A stretch of 64,000 nucleotides of DNA from an uncultured Oscillospiraceae bacterium (GTDB lineage: Bacteria > Bacillota > Clostridia > Christensenellales > CAG-314), in NCBI GenBank assembly GCA_964577535.1, contig CAZNZO010000003.1:69620-133619 (forward strand), in the 5' to 3' direction. The notes beneath the pieces were generated by a model. It did not search any database. It worked only from the letters and a program-made list of their open reading frames with translations, and was not told where the DNA came from. A program made the translations under genes and the position numbers. Shown one piece after another: positions 56,598 through 64,000 of the stretch (positions within the stretch are counted from its first letter, which is position 1; each line of letters begins with the position of its first letter).

Positions 56598-57209
56598 ATG
56601 AACATAGCGGTTTTTGGGGCTTGCGGCAAGGTTGGGCGCAAGGTTTGCCAAGTGGCCAAACAGCGTGGACACACAGTTTTCGCCATAGAAAAAAGCACGC
56701 CCTTGCCCAACGTAAACGTTGATGCTGTGATAGATTTTTCCATTCCTACGGCCACACAGCAGGTTTGCGACTTTTGCAAAACGCACCACTGCGCACTTAT
56801 TAGCGGCGTTACCGGTCGCTCGGAAGAGCAGCAACGTTTGCTTTGCGAGTTGCAAAAAACAAACGCCGTTTGCACTAGTTCCAATTTTAGCCAAGGCATG
56901 CCAACAGTGGAACAACTTTGCAAGGCGTGCGCAGCGCTTGGTTGGGATTGCGCCATAACGGAAACGCACCGTAAAGGCAAACTTGATGCGCCATCTGGCA
57001 CGGCGAAAAAACTTGCGGCAATAATTGCCCAAAACGGCACTCCCATTGTGGAAACACACAGTTTGCGACTGGGCGACACAGTGGGCACGCATCAAATAAT
57101 TTTTTCTGGCACCGGCGAAAGTATTTGCATTACTCATAACGTGCAAAATGCAACTTGCTTTGCGCTGGGTGCAGTGAAAACAGCAGAAAAGTTGGCGGAA
57201 AAATGCTGA
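56598..57209 (+). CDS. dapB: 4-hydroxy-tetrahydrodipicolinate reductase (short form)
   Basis: ATG 56598 lies behind AAGGAG. Contains IAVFGACGKVGR and the signature ETHRKGKLDAPSGTA. Confidence 0.88.
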   Translation: MNIAVFGACGKVGRKVCQVAKQRGHTVFAIEKSTPLPNVNVDAVIDFSIPTATQQVCDFCKTHHCALISGVTGRSEEQQRLLCELQKTNAVCTSSNFSQGMPTVEQLCKACAALGWDCAITETHRKGKLDAPSGTAKKLAAIIAQNGTPIVETHSLRLGDTVGTHQIIFSGTGESICITHNVQNATCFALGAVKTAEKLAEKC

Positions 57210-57513
57210 CCACCAGCGTGGAATTTGCAACTTTGGAAAGTTGTTGAGAAAAAGGCGTTTTAAAAGTGAAATTGAAAATTTGCGACAAGTGAAGTTATAA
57301 AAAAGCAAACTTAACAAAAAAGCAAAGTGCACAAATGAAAAAGAGTGAAAAAATATTTTTTTGAAAAAATGAATTTATGTGTTTGTTTTGAAAAAATGAA
57401 AGATGAAAGATTTGGGTTTTCACGAAATTGATACAGAGTGAAAAACACAAGTAATTTTGAAAAAAAGCCTGGAATTGTGCATTACTGCACTTTTTGCATG
57501 CGACAAAAAAGAT

Positions 57514-57552
57514 AGAAAAAAGCCGCCCTAAAAACAGGGCGGCACAATTTTT
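57514..57552. terminator. bidirectional intrinsic terminator between convergent dapB and the U32 gene
   Basis: Stem GCCGCCCT/AGGGCGGC (57522-57529 / 57536-57543), with an A-run on the left and a T-run on the right. Confidence 0.75.
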
Positions 57553-57555
57553 TGT

Positions 57556-58788
57556 TTAGTTTTTGCGGCGCAAAACATCGCCAACAGAAAGGTTGTAGGG
57601 GCAATTTATTGTTAAAATTTGCTGTACTCGGTTGGCAACTTCCACGGCGTTTCCGTCGGTATCGCAAATGCCTTCCACAACAAAAGTTTTGCTGCAATCG
57701 GCGCCGGCAGAAAGCGTTTCCAACGTGTCGCCAACGGAAAATTTGTTGCGCTGTTCCACAACAATTTGGCCGTCCAAAACTTGCTTAACCACGGCAATGA
57801 ACTTATATTCTTCCACGGCGCGGCTATCGGCGTAGTATTGGCGGGTTTCGTTTTCGTCAAAATAGAAACCGGTTGTGTATTCGCGGTGGGAAGCCTTGTT
57901 AAGTTCGGCGTTGAGAGTGTCGACAAGTTGACTATCGAAAGTGCCATCAGCAATGGCATCCAGTGCCCTGCGATAGGCGTTGACAACGGTACCAACGTAG
58001 AATGCCGATTTCATGCGGCCTTCAATTTTCAAACTGCACACGCCAGAAGGCAAAATTTGAGGCAAATATGCAAGCACATTCATATCCTTGGAATTGAACA
58101 CGTAGGTGCCTCGATCGTCCTCTTCAACAGGCAACGCATCTTGCCTGGAAACTTCGCGAACTTCCCACTTCCAGCGGCAAGCTTGCACACATTCGCCACG
58201 GTTGCTATCGCGGTTGACAAGGTAGTTCGACATTAGGCATCTGCCGGAATAGCTTATGCACATTGCGCCGTGAACAAACGCTTCTAGCTGCACGTCGGGG
58301 CAAGACTTATGAATTTGGGCAATTTCTTTTAGGGAAAGTTCACGTGCAAGCACTACCCTTTCGGCACCCAATTTGTGCCATACGCTCACAGCGTGACTGT
58401 TCAAGGTGTTGGCCTGAGTGGAAACGTGAATGGGCAAGTGGCTGTTTGTGCGAACAAAATCGAACGCACCAAGGTCGCTGACCAAAACAGCATCTACCTG
58501 CGCTTGTTCCAGCACGGCAAGGTAGGCGGGCAACTGGTCAAAGTCGCTATCCTTGGGGAACACGTTAAGCGTGATGTACACTTTCTTTCCCAAACTGTGG
58601 GCATACTGCACCGCTTCGGCAATTTGCTGATCATCGAAGTTGTCGGCATAGGCGCGAAGCCCAAACTTTTTGCCTGCAAGATAGACGGCATCTGCACCAA
58701 AATGGAATGCAGTTTTTAGTTTTTCCATATTGCCTGCCGGCGCAAGCAATTCTACTTTTTGGGCCAAATTCTTTATTATTTTATCCAT
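57556..58788 (-). CDS. peptidase U32 family protein (YrrO/TrhP-like, tRNA U34 hydroxylation factor)
   Basis: The N-terminus contains VELLAPAGN. It lies immediately downstream of the trmR-like gene, as in the B. subtilis yrrMNO operon. The start is either ATG 58788 or ATG 58851. Confidence 0.85.
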   Translation of the reverse strand: MDKIIKNLAQKVELLAPAGNMEKLKTAFHFGADAVYLAGKKFGLRAYADNFDDQQIAEAVQYAHSLGKKVYITLNVFPKDSDFDQLPAYLAVLEQAQVDAVLVSDLGAFDFVRTNSHLPIHVSTQANTLNSHAVSVWHKLGAERVVLARELSLKEIAQIHKSCPDVQLEAFVHGAMCISYSGRCLMSNYLVNRDSNRGECVQACRWKWEVREVSRQDALPVEEDDRGTYVFNSKDMNVLAYLPQILPSGVCSLKIEGRMKSAFYVGTVVNAYRRALDAIADGTFDSQLVDTLNAELNKASHREYTTGFYFDENETRQYYADSRAVEEYKFIAVVKQVLDGQIVVEQRNKFSVGDTLETLSAGADCSKTFVVEGICDTDGNAVEVANRVQQILTINCPYNLSVGDVLRRKN

Positions 58789-58863
58789 TTTACACCATTT
58801 TTGATATGTTATGTCTGTCGTAGTAGTATATATTTTGCAAAATTTTGCCATTCAAGGCATTTT

Positions 58864-59457
58864 TTAGCGCAGTTTTTGGGAAACAGTCACGCCATCGCCA
58901 ATTCTGTGCAAAGTTGTTTGGTACCTGCTGTCGCAAAGAATATCGTGCAAAAAAGCATTCATATTTCGAGCCACAGTTATGTGTTTGTGGCGCTTGTTTT
59001 CTGGCACGTGTTCCACCAAACCTTTGTAGAGAACGTTGTCGCAAACAAGTGTTCCGCCAACTTCCAATAGGTCGGTTAGAAACGGGAAAAACTTTTCGTA
59101 CTGTCCCTTGGGGCCATCCATAAAAATAAAATCGTAGGTGCCGTTTAGCAGCGGAACAATTTCCCTAGCGTCCCCCAAAAACAAATTTACCCTGTCGCTA
59201 TAACCGGCTTTTGCAAAATTTTCCTTGGCCATCTGCGCGCTGTTTTCGTCCATTTCCATCGTGTTCAAGGTGGCAAAAGGAGCGGCGGAAAGCATGACGA
59301 TTCCGCTGTAGCCAATGGCAGTGCCAATTTCCAAAATGCGTTTTGGGTTGCACTGCTTAACCGTTTGGAACAACAACTTTTTTGTGTCGTCCAACATGAC
59401 GGGTATGTAGTTTTCGCGAGCAAACTTTTGCAGTTGCTCCAAGTCGACGTTTAACAT
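58864..59457 (-). CDS. trmR: SAM-dependent O-methyltransferase, YrrM/TrmR-like
   Basis: Contains ILEIGTAIGYS, FMDGPKGQY, DNVLYKGLV and GDGVTVS, which match B. subtilis YrrM as I recall it. The start is set at ATG 59455-59457. Confidence 0.85.
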   Translation of the reverse strand: MLNVDLEQLQKFARENYIPVMLDDTKKLLFQTVKQCNPKRILEIGTAIGYSGIVMLSAAPFATLNTMEMDENSAQMAKENFAKAGYSDRVNLFLGDAREIVPLLNGTYDFIFMDGPKGQYEKFFPFLTDLLEVGGTLVCDNVLYKGLVEHVPENKRHKHITVARNMNAFLHDILCDSRYQTTLHRIGDGVTVSQKLR

Positions 59458-60511
59458 TTTTCTTGTTCCAATTTTTTGCACACGACAATGCCGTGTTTTG
59501 TGTGTTAACTCCCCGACCCCCTTGCACCACCGATGAGAAAAATTGAGAGATATATTTTGCAATTGTGCCGCCATGTTTTTTGACATCCAAAGCCACAACA
59601 GCATCAAGGCGTTTTTTTGAACACAAGCCACAACGAGATGATTGTTGCTTAATTTCAATTATCTGATAAGACTTTTAGAAAGTTTTTCAATCAAGATATT
59701 TTTTTGACTACTTTGGCTTTCTATTGCACTGCAAACAGAAAAATTGAATTGATACAAAAGACAATAATTTTGGCCATCCGTTTTCGCATCCCGCCTGCTT
59801 TTTGCGTCTTCTTAGAATACGATCGACCGCATGGCTACTCGCATTGTTGAGGGCTATCTGTTTTTGTTTAGAGAGTTATTTTCTGTTGAGGTTTCTGTTA
59901 TTGCTCGCTATGTTGAATTTAAGCCGTTACAGCCCATTGAAATTTTGTGTAGCAATGTGCCCGTCAAAACTCAACAATAAGCGATAGGTTTAAAACCCTG
60001 CACCACCGATGGGAAATGTTGAAGGGATACAAAAGCCAATGATTTGGGCCGTCAGATTTCGCATCCCGCCACTTTTAGCGTGTTTTGGCAAATTCGTTTG
60101 GCATTGTGGTTTTGCGAAAATTTTGGTTTGGTGGCGGCCAAATCGATTCCGTCTTTACCTGTTTTTTTCGATGCTTTTTTTGCGTTTTTCTATTTCAGGT
60201 TTTATTTTAGCGTTGCAAGTTTTTCGTTCTTTATTTTTATTCTTGAGTTTTTTGCTTTGTATATTTTTTTCTATTGCTGGTTTTGTTTGTGGTTGCAAAC
60301 TTTTTATTTCCTTGCAAGCCTTGGTTTTTCCAAATATTTATCCTAACAAGTTTTTTGTTTTGCGAATTTTGTATTTGCAAATTTTGCGTTAATTTTCGTT
60401 AAGTAACTTGCCGCAGCAGCGGGGTTTAGGTAGCTTGCACGCGAACACACAACTTTGCACAAAAGCCGCCAAAAGGCAAACAATGCCGCCAGACTGCACG
60501 TTTGCAAACAA

Positions 60512-60545
60512 ATTGCGGCAACAACAAGCAAAGTTGCCGCCGCAA
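60512..60545 (-). terminator. candidate rnj terminator hairpin
   Basis: Stem GCGGCAAC/GTTGCCGC (60514-60521 / 60532-60539). The minus-strand tail AAUUUGUUUG is only moderately U-rich. Confidence 0.4.
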
Positions 60546-60565
60546 AGCATAAAAACAATTGCAAA

Positions 60566-62476
60566 CTACAATTCTAAAACCAACGGCAACACAACAGGGT
60601 TGCGCTTAAGCTTAACACGGAAAAAGTGTTTTGCCGTGCGTTGCACTGCCGATTTTACCGCCGCAAGATTGTAGCCGCTTTTGAGTGTAGCGTTTATTTC
60701 CTGCGTGAGCAAAACTTTTAGTTGATCTAGGGGATTTTCCACCGCATCGTCTCCGGCAAAGAAACAACCGCGGCTGGCCACTTCCACTTGCGAAACAATT
60801 TTGTTGGATTTGGCGTTGATGCCAACGGCGCACACCAAAATTCCTTCTTCGGCAAGGGAAAGCCTATCCTTCAAAACAATGTTGCCCACGTCGCCAACGC
60901 CAAGACCATCCACCATAACGTTGCCGCTGACAACGGTGCCAGCCACTTTGAAAGTGCTCTTATCCACTTCCACACAGTCGCCGATATCGGGAATGATAAC
61001 GTTGGATGCCTTGTGGCCAAGTTTTTCCACCAACATTGCGTGTTGCTTCAGGTGGCGATATTCGCCGTGAATGGGGATGAAATATTTGGGCTTAACCAAA
61101 GTGTAGACAAGCTTCAATTCTTCTTGGCAGGCGTGCCCGGAAACGTGCACAGCCGACAGCGCGGAATATACCACCACTGCGCCTAAACGATAGAGTTTGT
61201 TAATTACGTTGTAGATATCCCTTTCGTTGCCTGGAATAGGCGTTGCGGAAATTACGATTGTATCGTTAGGGCCAATTTGCACCTTGTTGAATTCGCCACT
61301 AGCCATGCGGGTTAACGCCGACATGGGTTCGCCTTGGCTTCCGGTGGAAAGCACCACCAATTTGCCGTCGTCGATGTTGCCAATTTTGTCGATATCAACA
61401 AACATATCGTTTTCCACCGACATTTGACCAACACGGCAAGCCGTTTCGATATACTTAACCATGCTGCGGCCGGAAACGGCAATTTTGCGCTTGTAGAGTT
61501 TGGCAAGTTGAATTATCATGCCCAACCTATCCACGTTGGAAGCAAAGGTTGCCACAATTATTCTGCGGCCTTTGGCATCGTGAAAGACTTTGTTCATCGT
61601 GTCTTCCACCACCGATTCGCTCATTGTGTAGCCGGGCTTTTCCACGTTGGTGGATTCGCTCATCAGCAGCAAAACGCCCTGTTTGCCCACTTCCGCAATG
61701 CGGTTTAGGTTCATAATTTCGTTGCCAAGCGGCGTGTAGTCTATTTTGAAGTCGCCTGTGTGCAACACCACGCCAACCGGTGTGCGCAAACAAATTGCCA
61801 TGCTGCCTGCCACCGAGTGGGAAACGTGAATAAATTCCGCCGTGAAATCGGCAAGAGAAACCACGCTTTTATCCGAAACGGGCACAAAATTTACTTTTCC
61901 AAGCAAATTGTGTTCCAAAAGTTTGTTTTCTACCAGCGCCAAAGTTAGTTTGGTGCCGTAAATTTCCACCTTGCCGCCAAGTTTTCCCACCAAATAGGGG
62001 ATGGCGCCAATGTGGTCTTCGTGGCCGTGCGTTAGCAAAATTCCCTTGATCTTTTCGCGATTTTCCACCAAATAGGTGAAATCGGGAATAACCACGTCCA
62101 CGCCGGGCATATCCGACCCGGGGAAGGACATTCCAGCATCGATAACGACGATGCTATCGCCATATTCGAAAACCGTCATGTTTTTGCCAATTTCCCCAAC
62201 GCCGCCCAAAAACATAACTTTCAGTTTGCCTTTTAGCGGAACGTATTTCAAGGGGTTGGCCAAATTATTTTTGTTTTGAGCTTCGGGCGTTTGCGCAGTG
62301 TTTGCCGCCTTATTGGCCGGCTGCTTCTTGGACGAAGCCTTTTGCTTGGTCTTTGAAGCCTTGCTTTGCGCCTTTGCTCCCTTTTGCGCACCGCTCTTGT
62401 TGCCGCTTAGCGACAAATTTGTGGGCGCGGCCGTGTTCAACACGTCCGATGCGCGATTATTCTTTTTATTTTTCAT
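60566..62476 (-). CDS. rnj: ribonuclease J with an ~85-aa basic low-complexity N-terminal extension
   Basis: The beta-lactamase/beta-CASP core includes FLGGVGEIGKNM and LTHGHEDHIG. The start is set at ATG 62474-62476 behind AGAGGT. Confidence 0.93.
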   Translation of the reverse strand: MKNKKNNRASDVLNTAAPTNLSLSGNKSGAQKGAKAQSKASKTKQKASSKKQPANKAANTAQTPEAQNKNNLANPLKYVPLKGKLKVMFLGGVGEIGKNMTVFEYGDSIVVIDAGMSFPGSDMPGVDVVIPDFTYLVENREKIKGILLTHGHEDHIGAIPYLVGKLGGKVEIYGTKLTLALVENKLLEHNLLGKVNFVPVSDKSVVSLADFTAEFIHVSHSVAGSMAICLRTPVGVVLHTGDFKIDYTPLGNEIMNLNRIAEVGKQGVLLLMSESTNVEKPGYTMSESVVEDTMNKVFHDAKGRRIIVATFASNVDRLGMIIQLAKLYKRKIAVSGRSMVKYIETACRVGQMSVENDMFVDIDKIGNIDDGKLVVLSTGSQGEPMSALTRMASGEFNKVQIGPNDTIVISATPIPGNERDIYNVINKLYRLGAVVVYSALSAVHVSGHACQEELKLVYTLVKPKYFIPIHGEYRHLKQHAMLVEKLGHKASNVIIPDIGDCVEVDKSTFKVAGTVVSGNVMVDGLGVGDVGNIVLKDRLSLAEEGILVCAVGINAKSNKIVSQVEVASRGCFFAGDDAVENPLDQLKVLLTQEINATLKSGYNLAAVKSAVQRTAKHFFRVKLKRNPVVLPLVLEL

Positions 62477-62882
62477 ACATACCTCTGTTAACTGCAAAAG
62501 AAACCTTTTGCCAAACGGCGCAACGCGCGCCAGACGGGTGGCATTGCCACCAAACGCAAGAACGGTTCTTGCAAAGTTTGCACTCACTTGCAAACGAAAT
62601 TTCTTAGTTAGTTAGTTGCAAAAGCCTTTTTAATTTGCGAAAAACTGCAAATTGAAACTTTTATAGCAAAACAAATTGCGCCGCACATAAACACGACAAA
62701 ATTTGATTTGGGTAAGGCAATTAGTGTCCCAAAAACTTGCACAACATCGCCAAACGAAATGCGCAGCGCACTTCGACAAATCTACTCGCAAAAATTTTGC
62801 CCGTTTGTTTTGGCAACCGTGCAACGCAAAGTTGGCCCCAGGGCCACAAAAAGTGTTGCCAAAATTGAGCAAGAGCAAAACG

Positions 62883-63866
62883 CTATTTTTGTTTTGTCGC
62901 AGCCTTTGCTTTTGCCTTCATTTTTTTGTTGAAACGTTCGGTGCCTTCCACATCCACCTTTTTGCAGAAAAACGGACGATTGGTTGCCGTGAAATATTCC
63001 ACAAAGTTTACGCATTTAAGCAGGAAGAACAGCAGCAAACTGGGGATTGTGCTTGTTGCAATCGTGACAACGTTGCTTTCGCCAAACACTATGGACAAAG
63101 AAAAGCAAGCAGCCATTGTGCACACAATGACAAGGGTTTTCCAAAACACGCCCCAAAAACGATAGGGAATTAGCGATGCCGACCGTATTAGGCTTTTGCC
63201 AATGCCAATTTCTTCCGTTACGGCAACGGGAAGCCAAAAGGAAAAATAGGTTAGGCGTGCGGAATAGGCCAATAGCAGTACCACCATTGCCGGAACAATT
63301 GCCCACCACCCCATGAACACCGAAAGGGCCAAACAAATGCCAACGGAAGAAAGAATGACGAACAAATCTAGCGGCAAGGCCAGCAACGTTTGCAAAAACA
63401 CAAATTTTAAACTAGATGCAAATTTCTTGACAAAATACCACGAAAATGGGCGTGTGGCATTGGAAGTCATGAATTCTTGCAGTTGGTAGCCGGCGGAAAG
63501 GTCGGAAATGGAAACCAACATGCGGTACACCAAGAAAATGCAAACAAATGCCACGTAGGAAACTTCCACCCTGTTCCAAATGTTGGGGATGGATTCGATT
63601 GCATCGCCCGTTTCTTCAATTAGTTGAGCTAGCGTATCCAAAAATGCACGAATATTAAATTCGCCGTTTACAATGTTTTTGATGCTTTCGGCAAGAAAAT
63701 CGCTCCAATCCACCATTTCGAAAATTTGCAAGAAATCTTCAACAAGTCCGCCAAAAATCAAAAAGCAAAGCGCAGCAACCAATGCCAAAATAAGCACCTG
63801 ACAAATAAGTGCTTTTAGCATCACTTTCCAATTGTATCCAGCCAATATAAACGCTTTTTTTAACAT
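62883..63866 (-). CDS. polytopic membrane protein (unknown function)
   Basis: The ORF-track ORF is 62883-63974. I prefer ATG 63864-63866 (MLKKAFILAGYNWK) because the upstream 36 codons are rich in CTA and TTA, which real genes here avoid. Confidence 0.65.
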   Translation of the reverse strand: MLKKAFILAGYNWKVMLKALICQVLILALVAALCFLIFGGLVEDFLQIFEMVDWSDFLAESIKNIVNGEFNIRAFLDTLAQLIEETGDAIESIPNIWNRVEVSYVAFVCIFLVYRMLVSISDLSAGYQLQEFMTSNATRPFSWYFVKKFASSLKFVFLQTLLALPLDLFVILSSVGICLALSVFMGWWAIVPAMVVLLLAYSARLTYFSFWLPVAVTEEIGIGKSLIRSASLIPYRFWGVFWKTLVIVCTMAACFSLSIVFGESNVVTIATSTIPSLLLFFLLKCVNFVEYFTATNRPFFCKKVDVEGTERFNKKMKAKAKAATKQK

Positions 63867-64000
63867 AGTTAGCCCTACCAAATTTTGTAGCAAGCAAGGT
63901 TTTGCCTTGCCCTCAATTAACTTTTTGCCTGCGAAAAGGCATTTTGCAAACGGCACTAGGCATTGCGTGGCCATTACTTTGCCAAAGTGCGATCGTCATT

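Noticed and set aside
62538-62574. GC-rich palindromes in the rnj leader (ggtggcattgccacc and gcaagaacggttcttgc).
   Set aside because: They are probably ordinary 5'-UTR secondary structure. I cannot tie them to a known element or a repeated family from this window alone.
63974-64000. Possible 3' end of another minus-strand gene (...NDDRTLAK*), whose TAA overlaps an ATG (TAATG) at 63972-63976.
   Set aside because: Only 9 codons are visible inside the window, which is too little to support a call.

Overview
This is a chromosomal 64-kb segment of a Bacillota (Clostridia-like) genome. The lineage call rests on a T-box leader on valS, a CIRCE operator on groESL, cdaA, an EndoA-type mazF and meso-DAP dehydrogenase. 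I can support about 50 protein genes, mostly housekeeping and mostly on the minus strand. They include pcrA (partial), a flavin reductase, yigZ, tyrS, an ABC exporter pair, rarA, a LysR regulator, hemW, lepA and a GDPD enzyme. There are two large envelope proteins: an 855-aa membrane-anchored protein with repeated Cys/His modules, and a GLUG-repeat lipoprotein of about 1100 codons interrupted by one in-frame TAG. Also present are two flavoproteins, the lysine/DAP genes (aspartokinase, ddh, asd-dapA-dapB), cdaA, comEB, groESL, a His-rich metal transporter, a DivIVA-like protein, pncB and lgt with a C-terminal extension. The remainder are an HxxxDG acyltransferase with a zinc-ribbon membrane partner, a PH/SHOCT protein, mazF with no antitoxin, a NitT/TauT-type ABC importer, ykvI, hslO, a methyltransferase, a YesL-like protein, the U32/trmR pair and rnj. 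I saw no rRNA, tRNA, CRISPR, transposase, integrase or phage genes. The most unusual property is non-coding. By hand tally about 12 kb (roughly a fifth of the window) lies in long, A-rich, TTTTGC/GCAAAA-rich intergenic regions. Each region contains its own diverged local direct repeats with periods of about 36 to 480 bp. One region holds a tandem array with a period of about 21-22 bp, whose unit recurs in other intergenic regions. There is also an in-frame tandem copy of the lepA 3' end. Other items worth follow-up are the orphan mazF with a 690-nt ORF-poor upstream region, a riboswitch-like structured leader before the SHOCT gene, the amber-interrupted lipoprotein gene and a homopolymer frameshift. 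All calls come from reading the sequence and the ORF track; no searches were run.
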